Shown here one piece after another: positions 1-13,449 of a stretch of DNA of 64,000 nt. The stretch spans positions 19,406,001-19,470,000 of the forward strand of contig CM068748.1 in NCBI GenBank assembly GCA_035084275.1, given 5' to 3'. Position numbers and translations under genes: made by a program. Position 1 is the stretch's first letter; every line of letters begins with the position of its first letter. Below the pieces are notes generated by a model. It saw only the letters and a list, made by a program, of their open reading frames with translations, made no database searches and was not told the origin of the DNA. Origin of the DNA: Hydrolagus colliei (taxonomy: Eukaryota).

Positions 1-1187
1 TATAAATACACGATATAAATATCAGAAATAGATAACTCCAACGTCTTTACTCATAAAATAAGCTGCAAAAGACAACTTCAAATTTTCCTACGATCTCATA
101 CCACACACCAAAATTACTGTACGGGACTACAGTAACGAGAATTCCTGCCTCGCTGCCGTCATAATATTGACAAACCACACACATGCACACGTGGCCAGTA
201 GCACGTGGAGTGGCAATAGCTGTGTGTATACATGTGTACACATGTGTAATGTACACATACAAACTTTTATACCAAGTATAGTACTGTAGTCTCGGTGTGA
301 CAGGAATACACTGTATGTGTCCGGCAGTTAGGTGGAATAATACACATGCCTTTTGTCATTTTATTATCGATACAGAGTTATATTAATTGACAATAAAACG
401 CTTGTCAAGTTGACAGATACTGCATATAAACTAAGTGTGTTTGACAGGGATCATTTGATCATCCTTCTTATAATAAAAAATTTTGAGCTTTGGGAACAAA
501 GTGACTGCAACTTTAGACTATGACTCTACCCTGCCCTTGGCATTCATTGTTGCTTAGGTGATGCCCCTGATTTCTCATCACTCTCGTTTCATCGCATCGC
601 AGTATCCATGCTTGCGGTGTTAGCAACCAATGGTAATCCGTCTTCTTATCTTAGCTTATATGCAAAGTAAAATCTGCTCTTGCACTTGAAGTGAGGGGGC
701 TCACTATTTATAAACAAATCTGTGAACTAAATATTTATACCAGCTCATAATGTTATTATCATTAAATAAGGCTCGATTAAATATTTGTCCGACTCCATTA
801 TTGAATCGAGTGACTGCGATAAGTAGGCCTATTGCAACATGAGAAAATGTGTTCTGTTTTTCTTCTTTGGATAAGTGCTCAGTGAGTTTTATGTTGCCTG
901 TGTGTTTATCCCCTCTGATGCAATGGTGTAATCCGCATAGTTACAATCTCCTGACCATAAAGTGACCAATGGAATGAGTGGAAACTAGACAGTTTCATGG
1001 AAAAGTGTGAACTTGAAAGTGAGTAAGTGACCTTTCCTTGCTCCTAATTTGCATGTTTAAAACAAGAGAGGACTGCGAAGTGTTGACTAATTATTACTTC
1101 ACTCTTCGTTCGTTTAACACGTTTTTGTTAGACATCGTCTAACAAAATCGCTTACATGTTGAAGTTGAAAATTATCCGTTCTCATCA

Positions 1188-2163
1188 TTGGGAAAAAAAA
1201 GCCCCGTATGGGAGTACTTTGAAAAGAATGCGGTCAGTGGCAATGGCATGTTCAGATGTAAAGTTTGCAAGGCCTTGGTTAAGGCATCTGATTCGAGCAC
1301 GAGCAACCTGCGACATCATATTAAGCAGCATCACCCCGTCCAGCACGCTGCCCTAACTGCGAAATCATCGTCGACAGCAGAACGATGTCGAACCAGCGCT
1401 TCGGAGAAGCGACAGCCAGGGGAGCTCCAACAGTTGCTGGTTTGTTTGAGAGGAGAACATTGTACCAGAGAGGGGACAAAAGTGGCAAAGTCTCACCGAC
1501 GCCGTCACTTATTACATAGCAAAGGACTGCATGCCAATGACCACTGTTGAGGCGCCTGGGTTTAGGCACCTCCTAAACGTGATGGACCCCAGGGACAAAC
1601 CACCCAGCGAAATGGCGATGAGCAGGACCTATATTCCCAAGCTCTATAACGAGACCAAGCAGCGCATCCTAACATCACTCGCCAACGTCGAGTATTTTGC
1701 CAGCACCACGGACATGTGGTCCTCTCATGGGATGACCCCATACGTGGGCTACACAGCCCACTTCATCGATCCCCAGTGGAAGCTCCAACACATCGACCTC
1801 GGCGTTTCGTTTGTTCCCGAGGATCACACGGGAGCAAACATCGCGAACGCATGACCGACATGCTGGACCAATGGGGTCTGGATCCCCAAAACCAAGTGTG
1901 TGTGACCACTGACAATGGGACCAACGTTGTCAAAGGCAATGCAGGAACTGGAGTGGCCACATCTCAGCTGCTTCGGCCACAACCTTCATCTGGCCATAAC
2001 AAACTCATACTCGGCTCGGCATGGTGACGCTCACCAACAAGTGTTGAGGGCAGTGGCGATGGCACACAGCATAGTAGCCAAATTCCACGCAAGTTGGAAA
2101 AAGAAACGCGATCTGTTTGCTGCCCAGGCCCAGAATGGAAAGGATGAGCAAGCCATTATCTCT
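1188..2163 (+). pseudogene. hAT transposase, N-terminal part (BED zinc finger + first two catalytic Asp + CxxH), about 4 frameshifts, ending at a GT donor at 2164
   Basis: SPVWEYF...CKVC...STSNLRHHIKQHH (BED), TTDMWSS (D1), VTTDNG (D2) and SCFGHNLHL (CxxH) across ORFs 1188-1550, 1531-1854, 1716-2027 and 1915-2295; TCT|gtaagt after AIIS. Confidence 0.9.
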
Positions 2164-2654
2164 GTAAGTATAGAAATCTATTTTAAAATATCAAATCAAA
2201 TACATTTTCTCTTTAAACATTATGTTATCATGAACATCAAAGTGTATGGTAGAATAATGGATTCTTTTTTGGGGTCACGAGTGAAAATTGGCTAAATCAA
2301 GTAATAACAAAAAATAAATACCGCAACATTGATCATTTTGTTCCATTTATTAACTGATTCAGGATGCAATGGCTAACGATCGAAGATATGATGGTGAATG
2401 AATGAGACTTGCATGATAATGAAAGATGATTGACTTTGGTAATTGCGAAGATGATGCTGATGAGTGATACATGATAAGAAGCTTTGAATATAAATGCTGA
2501 CATAATTATACTAATTGCCAGGGACACATAATGGGCAGTGATCACATAAGAGTAAACAAAATATTTAAATGTAAATATATTACACGAGATCAGGCGTCCA
2601 AACAATAGTCGAACACCAGTCAACCGCTCCCTCCCTCCCATCTATCTGATCGCC

Positions 2655-2915
2655 ACGATGTTGGACCGCATGCAGTCCTTCTCGTGATATCCATCAATCA
2701 TAGCTAGAACGACAGTGCTACCAAAAAAAGCACGTGCTTTATAGCCTCAACACGTGGAAACGGAAAATGGGATACGGCGGCCTGACTAGCCGTCCCTGTT
2801 GTCTCACTGCATGCACTGACCACCGTGTTGATTGGACCTCATGCAGTCCCTTTCGTGATATCCGCCAATCATAGCTAAGAAGAGAATGACAGCTCTACCA
2901 AGCAAAGCACGTGCT
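2655..2915 (+). repeat. ~90-bp imperfect direct repeat in the hAT subterminal region (units ~2655-2740 and ~2828-2915)
   Basis: Both units contain ttggacc-catgcagtcc-cgtgatatcc-caatcatagcta...ctaccaa...aaagcacgtgctt. Confidence 0.8.
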
Positions 2916-3739
2916 TATAATCACAGGAATTGCGCGATCACAAGAGATGCAGAGTGCATGCATGCTGTATGTAGAGCGCGTGCGCTGGCAACGACAGTAT
3001 TTACTGAGCTAGTTAGCCGAGCACGTGCCTACTGCCTACAATTAATGGTCATCGACTATTGTCTTTAGAATTTAACCTGCAAGAATAAAGTAAGCCAAGG
3101 ACAAAACCGAACCCGTTTACTCTCTCTATCAACCAAATTCTCTATCGTCCGAATTTTTTTTTGTGATGAATTGTAAAAACTCGAGTGCATAATGTATGCC
3201 GTGAATAACCGTGTGTCAATGATGTACGTCACATAATGAATACGTAAAGGTTTGGAACCTGAGTAAAAAAAAAACCTGGTGATATCGATATATATCGATA
3301 TGAGCCCACCGATATATCGGTATTGGAAAAATTCGATATCGACGGAGCTTACCGAACGAACAAAATAGTTTACATCAAAACAAATTTTGTTATTGGGAGC
3401 AGGGGAAATATTTTTCGGTGGAAAAAAATACACAAAAGATAAATAATAAATATTGCTACAGCACAACTTCCCTTTAATATCTGTGGCAAAGTAAGAGCCA
3501 GGAATATTCAAAGAATGTATTAGAATTATCTTTTTTCTTGATGATCGAAACACATGCTCAACAATCATTGCCAAGGAGATGGTTATCTGGGAAGATAATG
3601 TCTTTACCATGCATCAAACAATGTAATTTTAAAATATAGGCCATGACTGGGAATCCAATCTGTGTGCCGCCTTGGTAGCAGTCTATCTTCTGGATGAGAA
3701 GGTTGTGTGTTGCTGACCCAAGTCATCGGTGGACTCACA

Positions 3740-4065
3740 GTCTATGCTGGCACTCTAGCACTGCACTGGGGTTGGGGTCATGGATGGGAGAATGCTACAT
3801 TGTCAAAGGTGCTATCATTCAGATGAGACATTAAATTGAGGTCCCATGAGTCTGTTCAGGCAGAAATCTTAAAGATCCCATGAAAATGTTTGAAAAGAGA
3901 AGGAAGCTTCGTCCATTGTCCTGCAGTTGAATTAGTCATTCACCTCATGGTTATTTGTAGGCTTTATGTTGGCTCAAATTTCTACATCATTGCCTACAAT
4001 TGACAATAATTACTTGGGAAGCGCTTTGAGCCATTTTGACATGATCAGGCTCCATAAAAATGCAC
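3740..4065 (+). mobile_element. Deu-domain SINE (SacSINE1/AmnSINE-like), old copy
   Basis: ggtgctatcattcagatgagacattaaattgaggtccc...aaagatcccatg matches the Deu core GGTGCCGTCTTTCGGATGAGACGTTAAACCGAGG...AAAGATCCCATGG. Confidence 0.8.
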
Positions 4066-5370
4066 GCACCTCACACAAGTGGATTTATATGTGTATTTAA
4101 CTAGAGTTTAGTCTAAGTAATGATGATGGAAAATACATATAGTGGTTGGATTCAATTTTCTTAAAGCTAAAAATAATGGCATTCACGAAACAGAATTGCC
4201 ATTACATGGGGTGGGAGGGGTGTAGGGTCTATTGTAAGTACTCTGGCTAACATTCTTTGTCACTTGTAATCATTTGACAAACTTAGACTGAGAGTCATAA
4301 ACCACAGGTACTTTCAGATACTTTGTGGTGATCTGGCTTATGTATGGACTAGTGACTAATGTGGTCAAAGTCATTTTGTTTCCATGTCTGGATATGGCCT
4401 TTGAAATCGAGATCCAGGATGAGTAATAAGGTACTGTCTGAGGGCTGTTCAAAGCCCAAAACTGTGTGAATCAAATGCAATGATACGACCCGAGATTAGC
4501 AATGCTAAAATCTGGGAAGCCCAGAATTAAAGATGCCAGCGATAAGGATATAATAAGAGTAATAATAATCCTTGGCATTTGATGAAGCATTTTACCACAT
4601 CACTGAGATGTCTCAAAGTGCCTCACAACATATACTGTAAAATGAATTCACTGTGTACTTTTGGGGGATATCAAAATGCTTTGTAAAATGGTCGTGGGTG
4701 TGTTTTCCCATCTGCCTGTTCTGGTACGCGGTAAAGATTCTGCAAACCTATTTAAAACTACAAGGGAGTTCATCCCTCAATCAAGAATCCTCTGGTAAAT
4801 TGGTCATTCGCTTCATGGTTGCCACATTTGCCTACATTTACTCAGTCACTACAGTCAGTACAATAATTACTTGGAAGAGTTTTGAGATGTTTCAATATTC
4901 GAAGAGCTGCATCAAATGCAAGGATTACTAAGTCATACTACACTATTCAAAAACGCATATTCTGGATCACAGTCTTATTGGAACAACTAAATTTGTAGGG
5001 CAAGGTTAATGCAAGAAACAGAGGTTAGAGAGAGAGAATGAGAGACACACGAAGAAACATTTACAGAAACTGAAAGACACACACACACAACAAGACCAAA
5101 GGCTTATCTACAATGTTTTCACATTTACAAAAGGACCACAACCAATTAGTGCAGTTATTGGTTCTCTCCTGAACTTATTTTTACTACAATTGATCTGCGA
5201 GGAACACATATCAGTTCACTACAAAGTGCTGACTTTCATCTTTACAACAGATCAGATTTACAAACTGATGCAGCAATTTGGTGAACATTTCTCAATCTTG
5301 CCACAACAAGCCCAACTGAACAACTGAAAAAGCCGACTGCCAGCTATACAGGCCTTCCTTCCTTCATAAA

Positions 5371-5870
5371 AATAATCCTTGCATTTCATTATAGCACTTT
5401 TCACGTCTTTTAGATGTCTTAACGCTTTTCACTGAATATATTGTAAAGTGAAATGACTGTATACAGTAAAAACCTGTTTATCTGTGACCTGATCAACCGT
5501 AACTTCTGCATAACCGGCACCTCAAAAAAAGGTCCGCAGTCGATTACCCAGAATTTATCCGGAAAAATGCATTATTTAAAAAACATTTTCGTTTCGTTTT
5601 TTTGGCCGAATATCCCGCACATGCTTTAACCAGCATTGGCCAGGTCCCAAGGGTGCCAGATAAACGTGCTTTTACTGTATTTGTGGATGAAATGTAGCAG
5701 CTAATTGCGCACAGCAGTGTCCCACAAACAGTCACGGATTGAAATGACCAATTCTTTTTGTGGGATTATTATCAGGCATGTGGAGTAAGGAAACATGCCC
5801 AAGGTTTCGCCTTGCCTGGAATTGAACCTCGTTCTCTCACTTGCAAGGCGAGTGCTCTAATCACTGAAGC
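5371..5870 (-). mobile_element. tRNA-head SINE (short form), hosting MITE copy 1
   Basis: Reverse complement of head (cagtgattagagcactcgccttgcaag), body and tail (atgcaaggattatt). Confidence 0.85.
5464..5677. mobile_element. Tc1/mariner-pogo (Tigger-like) MITE, copy 1, TA TSD, inserted in a SINE
   Basis: TIRs CAGTAAAAACCTGTTTATCTG / CAGATAAACGTGCTTTTACTG flanked by TA; interrupts the SINE motif gactgtata|tttgtgg. Confidence 0.85.
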
Positions 5871-8639
5871 ACTTTGAAGCGCTCTGAGGTGTCGTCCGGC
5901 ATGGAGGGCGCTGTATAAATCGAAGTTGTTGTTGTTGACCTACAGGACTCCACATGTTTAAACGCCTACAATACAGATTTTTTAAAATGTCTTGAGAAAC
6001 CAAACAACGGCACCTCCACCAATGCAGTGCTTTCTCTGCACTGAGCTCGAGTGTCAGCCTAGATGATATTATCCCCTGTGACAGCTATCATCTATCAAAC
6101 ATATGCAGTCAAAAGCAGTCAATAGTTATCGCAATAACTATCAGTAGCAATCAATACCCCACCAACCCCAAGACTAGTCGTGATAACCACTGACCTAATT
6201 TAGCCTTTTTTTTGGTTACTGCCTACATGATCACATGCCCTGTCACAATTCTGATCCAATTCCTTCAGGCACTTATGCTTCAAATCGTTGCTGTAACTAC
6301 AGCTAACCTGGCCAGCCTAAAGAACCTAGTGTACTGTCTGCATGTCAATGAAGCATCTGCTGCACACTGTCGGTCTCAAATTCCCGAGACACTTTTGCTG
6401 GGCTGGGAAAAAGGCTGGACTCTTGAAGACATTTCCTCCCCCACCACCCCTCTCCCTTGTAAACTTTACCTTCCCAAAGCACAAATCTTGGGCTGCCTCT
6501 TTAAACTGCGGCTGGAAAAAGGCTGCAGGTTTATGGAAGTGTGTGTGTAGCATTCTGAATTGCTTTCAAACCTTGAATGCCAAGAATCCTTCACGAATTC
6601 CCTTAGGATGAAGTTTTACAGGAGCAAAAGCTATATATTTTTTGCCATCAACTTTTCAATGAACGTGAAGGGGGTGGTGGGGGAGGGATGTGTAGGTGAG
6701 CAAAGCTGCTGATAGTTTCAATGAAATGAAATTCCTGTGGGGATGATGTTTGAATTCCACCATGATATACAATGAAGGATTTTTGTACTGTATAATCATA
6801 GCCAGCTCCTCACACAGTTATCGCCCGGCATTGGGTTAGAGTTGGATCAAATAATGTTTGGCTCCACTTGGATGCACAGCTTCTCTAACAAATGATCAGG
6901 AAATCAAGAGAAATTGCTGAAGCTTTCTCCCCCCATCTCCCACCTTCCTCTAAACACCCGAAGCATATCCATTTAAGCCGTGACAGAAAACGTCACAGGA
7001 TATCTGGCCCAGCTGGGATCAGCTGTTCCTCTCCAGTTACAAAATTGCTGCAAGAAACTGCGGCAAATCTAAGCTTGTCCAATTGGCCAGACTGCATTCT
7101 ATTATAATAATAATACTACTCACATTTGATACACTTCCCATAATAGCAGTCTCAAAACCCTTCTCGGATAATCACTGTCAAATGTAGTGATTGTGTATTG
7201 GTAGGCCAATGCAGGAGCCTCGTTGCTCACAGCAAATGGCACTGGAGCAGCGAGCGAGCGAGCGATCGATCGATTATCTGGAAGCTTGTCAATTTCACTT
7301 CACTTGGATTGGTTCTTACAACATGCTGCCAGAGGTAGGACTTCAGGACTAAGGAGGTAAATTCCCAATGTTAAGCCGCGAAGATTAATTCCCCTCCAGG
7401 GATAGGGAGATTTAATCCGAACTGGTAGGTAGCACGTGTTTCTCATGATCAGAAGGCGATGGGTTCAAGCTTATGTCAGACTAAGACATCATAGTCAGGC
7501 TGACACTCCAGCGTAGTGCTGGGGGAGCACTGCTTGGTAGCGAACACTTTCTTTTCTAACAACTTTTATTTCTCTCAACTGCCCAGGATACAACAAGAAA
7601 GGAGGAACGGAGAAACAAAACATAACATTGTACTCAGCCCATTTCAAACTCTTCTCATGAAATTTCAGTCAGTCTGTGCCAAGTCAGGTAATGAAGTTCA
7701 TTTCCCCTCAAAATCTCTAAATCTGTCAGATCCCATCATCCTTCTTTTGCAATATTGTTACATCAATTTGGATTCAAGCTCTCACCCCTCCTCCCCAACC
7801 CCCCCTCACTTTACTGCAGAACCAGTGACTTTGTACTTGAACTCTACAAGGGAGTTTGGAATTTGCAGTCAGTTACAGAACTGAATACAGGTGGATACTG
7901 AACGTATCCACTTGGAACTCAGAAGAACATTTACAGTAAAATGTCCAGTCACTCCGATTCAATATAAAGCATAGAAACATCCTGTTATTTCTTTTGACTT
8001 GGGCTTGCTGGAAACTTCCGGGTGAAAAGTTCACTCTTGGGCCTGCCTGGTTTTGCTTGCTATGATGAATGGGTGTGGAGTCAAAAACACAAACTAGATG
8101 CAATTCCGCGCACTTAATCAACAAAAGCGTGAACTCGGGCCAATTTTGGCCAAATAGGTTGTGAGCGGCTCCCACTTTTAAACAGATGGCAGTGCAGACG
8201 AGTGTTATATACACCGTGCAGTTGGTTGTTGGCAGGTTGGAGGTGCACAATTGTGCTGCTTTCTTTGCCTACAAATACACAGTCACTCCATTTCATAGCA
8301 ATTCCCGTGAAGAGCTCCAAGACGTTCTTCTGATGTGATCAGGTGCTTTAGCAAATGATTGTAAGGATTATTGTTGAGGTGGACATTAAAGGTCCCACGG
8401 GAATGATCGCACTTTCTTGAACTGAAGCAACATTTTTCAATCCGTTTGTCCAGTCAATCAGGTAGGAGGCTCAATCTAATACCTAATGTTTGTTTTTGTG
8501 AAAAGTAAGGTCATCAACGTGAAAGCTAGAATGGCTGGGAGAGCTAGTGACTACATGAAATCACTTGGAAATCACCACCTCACAAACATTTTGCATCTGT
8601 CCATCCATCTCAACAGAGACTTTGCCCCTTTCGCTGCAT

Positions 8640-9050
8640 GAACGTCCAGCAATCTGGCTCACTTAGTTAGTTCTCGCTTCAAGGTCAAAAGGTTCTGGAT
8701 TCCAGCCCCACAACGAGACTCAAGGCTTACAATTTTGGCTGAGTCCCCAGTGCAATACGAAGGGGAGGGGGGAGCACTGCAATGTGGGAATCACAACCTT
8801 CAGATAAGCTCAACTGTCTATGCCTGTAGATGTAGATGATCCTGTGACACTATTTGGAAAAGAGAAAGGAGCTTCCCCTGATATCCTTGTCAAACAATCC
8901 TCCATCAAAAAATTAGTAATTCACCTCAAGGCTTTTATGCGGCAGTGACCTTGTGCAAAATAGCTGCTGTAATGACCTACAAATACACAGGCACTACCCT
9001 AGTCAGTAATTGCTGTTTATGTTTGACATGATAAGATGCTCTAAAGGTTC
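8640..9050 (+). mobile_element. Deu-domain SINE, degraded
   Basis: Head tggctcacttagttag...aaggttctggattc plus Deu core remnants. Confidence 0.65.
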
Positions 9051-12036
9051 CTACTTTTCTTTATGGTAATAGCTTATAAGAATATAATAATAAACATCCT
9101 TGCATTTGATATAATGTCTATCACATCATTGAGACGTCTCATAACACTTCATAGAATATATTGTAAAGTTAATTGACTGTGTATTTTCCACTTCATTGTG
9201 ACCCTGTTTATTTCTGCTTGGGGGCATTTATGATCATTCTACAGAGAAAACAAAGTTTTGAAAGAAATAAAGAGGAAATTTTGCCTCTCACCCCAAACTT
9301 AATTTGAACATGGTCTTTCAAAATCCCACCATTCTGCCCCAAACAAACAGCGGAGTAGTCTCCCACAGAGGTGAGTGGACAAGACCTGTAACATTTAAGT
9401 GAAACAGAATTCTTCCTGCAAAGCATATGTTGTCAATTATTAGTACATGGGAGTTGCTGAGGTGAAAAGGCCAATTGAACTTACTGCCTAATTGTTCTCT
9501 TGGCTAAGGTTACAGGTCCGTACAGGCAGCAATTCATCCGCAACCCATTCAGAACAAAAATGTGGTAATTGCCTTTTAATCAATGGGACTCAAATTCATG
9601 AACCGTTACACTGAGTTTGTCAAAACGCAGAGGCATCAATCTGCTCCGTGAAAAGCTAATGGTGTGTCGATTGATAGCTTTTAACCTCAAAAGGTGGAAA
9701 AGAGCAGCCCGATATTGAAATATAATAATTGAATGGTGTGTTTTGAATCCAGTCTGGCCACTTTTATATACGTGGAGGTGGGATCTTTCAAAATCCCAGC
9801 TGCCTGTCCTTTGTGTGTTGTGGCTCAGTTGATATAGGGGCGCTCCATTCAGTAAGGAAATGAGCCAGACAGAACAGGGACGTTCTGAGCTCAGTCTGTG
9901 TGAGATCCCAGCCGGGGTAGCAATAGTGGAGTCAAACTTCCTCTTCCCAGCTCTGAGTTAGGGACTGGTGTTTAGAATAACCACTGCAGAGCATACACTG
10001 CTCGGTCGACCATTCCAGATTTTGAACGCATTATTTTGTTGTATTGCAAAGCCCCAGTATACGTTCACACGTCAGGACTTTGAACTCACATTGTCCAAGG
10101 TGACACTGCAGTGCAGCAAAGTGGATGTGCTGCAGTGTTGGCGATACCATCCTTCAAATGAGTCATTAAACCAAGGACTCGTCAGCCTGTTCAGATGGAT
10201 ATTAAAGATTTCATGGCACTATTTAAAAAGAGAAGGGAGTTTCTCCCTGACCACCAATATACATATATGTGAAACCTTAGGCAAGTTTCCTTACTCCACA
10301 TGCCTCTGTTCACCCAGTAATAAATAGGAATCCAATTGTTAGTTGATTGGCAGATTGCTACCTGGGGGTAATAAACTATTCCAAATAATTAATAATAATA
10401 ATTTGTTCAGTTAATCCACGACAGTTTCTGTGACACTGTTGTGCACAATTCACTGCCACATTTTGTGCACAAAATATACACTCAATTTGTTTTACAGTAT
10501 ATTTTGTGTAGGGCTTTGAGTTCATCTCAATGACGTGATGAGGCTCTATATCAAATGCAAGGATTATTATTATTGTTGTTAAAAGCTAACCTTAGGGTAA
10601 CCAAGGCAGGAAACTCCATCACAGTCATCAACACAGCCCAAGGTGGAGATACACTTGACCTTTTTGTCTGATATTCTATGATATGTAGAATTTGTATTAA
10701 ATATATCAATTGGTATTTTGGGGAATGGGGTGGGGTTGTGGAGAGGAACATTGATCTGCAGAGGAAATTGCTTTTAAGTATCAGATTACGAAGGGGTACA
10801 GTCTGTATAAATCAGGTTGAGCTGGGCATGATTATGGTGCTTTATTTGGTCTGGAGACCTGTCAAACTGAAAGAGAGCTCAAAACCAGGTTGAATTCCTT
10901 CAATAAGCTCACAGCAATCGACCCCCATCAATCTTTTCAGAGACCCACACCGGCTGATTAGTAATGCTGTCTAACTGCCTGCCTGTCTGCTTTGTTTAAA
11001 AATTACCAGCAACTCTACCGACCCTTCTCTGGCCCAGTGGGAAAAGTTAAATATATTTCCTTTTTCCCGCCCCAGCCCCCCCATTGTAAATCATTCTGTG
11101 TAACACAAAACCTGTGTGTGTGTGTTGTGTGTTTGTCTATAACTGAAATTCTATGGTGAAGCTACAGCAACCCAAACAACCATCTTTAAACAATTAAAGA
11201 TAGACCTTGGATTTGGAACCAAGCACATGTTTGCTGCATTCACAGTCTTTACAATCAAAGTGAAATAATCAATATTGGAGGCAGACTTTGTCCTTTTATC
11301 TGCTTTGAGGGAATGGGCAGGAGGTGGGGAGAGAAATGTGGGGGGAAAAAGTTAATAGGAATAACAAGTTTGTGAACTATAAGCAAATCAAGAGCAAAAG
11401 CCACCTAAAACAAGAAATCTCTATTGAAGCTGTGCTTATACGATGCCCTTTAAAAGCAACAAGCCAGGGGACGCTCAGTGTAAATGCTGGTTGACAGCAC
11501 AGTCCAAAATGTGACCATGACTGAGATCACGTTGCGAAGGTGCTTTCAGCTACAGATGGAATCCCTTCTCTTTCCATGCCCACTTTATGGTAGTTTATGG
11601 GACATTACGGTGAGCAAATTAGCTGCCAAGTTTTCCTACAAATACTCACTCCACAATTGAAACCAATTACTTTGTGAAGCACTTTGAGATTTTTGACATT
11701 ACATGGCGTCATATCAAAAGGCAAGGATTTGATCAGGAGGTTTTAACACCAACCCTCCACATACATAGGAGGTAAGATGCTTCTCAATTGAAAGGGCACA
11801 TACCCAGACATTATAAAAATTAACTTGAGTCAACAACAATAACAAAATTACACTTGTGTAGCGCTTTTCACGTCAGGAGGACGTCTCAAGGCGCTGGACA
11901 GTCATTGTTTCAAGCGTTTGTTGAAATATATTCCAATCCCAATTGCCTGCTTTTTCCCATACTCTATATATCCCGTTCTCTGCATGTGTTAAGTAGTGCC
12001 TATATTGCTCAGTTTCCTGTTAGAATGCTAGAATGT

Positions 12037-12380
12037 GGAGCTCCTGTGGCTCAGTGGTTAGAGCACTTGTCTTGCAAGCTGGGGAGACCAAGCTGGGGAG
12101 ACCTGTGTTCGAATCCAGGCAGGTCAGGGTGAAACCTTGGGCAAGTTTCCTTACTCCACATGCCTAATAATAATCCCTCCAAAAAAAATCACAATAATAA
12201 AATTGGTCACTTCAATCCACGACTGTGTGTGGAACACTGCTGTGCGCAATTGGCTGCCGCGATTCGCCCACAAATATATACAGTCAATTCACTTTACAGT
12301 GTATTCTGTGAAGCGCTTTGGGACGTTGATAAAATGTGGAAAGCGCTATATCAAATGCAAGGATTATTATTATTATTATT
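12037..12380 (+). mobile_element. Young full-length tRNA-head SINE (short form) with L2-like tail and (TAT)n end
   Basis: A box tggctcagtggttagagc; B box gttcgaatcc; tail aagcgctttgggac...atcaaatgcaaggattattatt. Confidence 0.92.
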
Positions 12381-13449
12381 AGAAATAGCCCATTTCAGAT
12401 CTTTGGATTGCCTCCAATATCACAGTACAATAATAATGTGGTCACTCATTCTACGACTGCTTGTGGGAACTTTACAATGTATCCTGTGAAACCCTTTAAG
12501 ACATCTCAATGATGTGATAAGTCACTACATGAAATGCAAGGATTATCATAGTTGTAGATGCTGCATGTGCACGACTCATAAAAATTTATATCAGCTGAGG
12601 CCTGGCAATCTAGAAATTGACAATTTTCTAACTGGCAAGCGAGCAAGTTGCGTGTATGTGCAGTGAAACTGCCTCATTGTGAGGCAGACTGGGATTTTGT
12701 GGATTCCAACCAGGGAGTTACAACACAGCTCCATTAAGAAGCCTAGTTGTTAACAATTGCTGACTCGGTATTATCCATTAAAACATCCTTTCATGTTTTC
12801 TCAGGATATTTAAAGTTAAGGAAATGGGGTTTTGGTGTCAATCTTGACTCCAACCTGAGTGTCCAGAGTAGGGGGCAAGTGATGGCTATTACAAATCTTT
12901 TGTTCAGTTCCCCCAAACTAACCACTGTATTGGAAACGTCTACATAGCCCTGGGAAGAAAACACTGGATACAGCTGGACTTACTTAGCTCCCATCTGTAC
13001 ACTAGAAATCATCACTTTGTATGAATTGAAGGACATCTTGAATGCATGTGTTTTCCTTTTTTTCTTTGTTCAAAATCCTTTTAAAAACCTCCCTCTTTCA
13101 CAATGCTCTTGGTCATTCTACTTCCCTTTTCCACTTTACTCAGGGCCCTATTGAAAGAGCTTCAAGACAGTCTCCTGTGTAAAAGGCGCTGAGTAAATGC
13201 AATTAGAGGTTGTATGCATCACTCCCCATTTGAGCCACATCTCTAAACTGTACAACATAAGTATTTGTGGTATTTTTATCTCTCACTCTTGGTATCCTTG
13301 ACTTAGAATAATAATTATTGCATTTAATACAGTGCCTTATCATGCTATCAAGACATCTCAAAGAACTTCACAGAATATACTGTAAAGTATATAAGACTGT
13401 ATATTTTGAGGGCTTACAGGGCATTGTACATCCACTTCAAAACCAACAT

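Larger units (their letters stand above)
1..3351 (+). mobile_element. hAT superfamily DNA transposon (ZBED1/Ac-like), left end outside window, internally deleted
   Basis: BED-finger/DDE transposase remnant; CpG-rich subterminal region with CGATA palindromes at 3282-3342; probable terminus ...ATCGACGGAGCTTA near 3351 (end position inferred). Confidence 0.75.

Noticed and set aside
997-1135. Possible ATG-containing first exon and intron for the transposase
   Set aside because: Neither candidate donor joins in frame without a stop to the BED exon, so it cannot be supported
3065-3610. 181-aa minus-strand ORF
   Set aside because: AT-rich, no recognisable domain, and it crosses the inferred transposon end; likely chance
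7245-7275. (GAGC)n(GATC)n tract
   Set aside because: Simple short microsatellite with no further structure
12037-12125. tRNA-like sequences with A/B boxes (many copies)
   Set aside because: They continue directly into SINE bodies and lack a proper acceptor stem, so they are SINE heads, not tRNA genes
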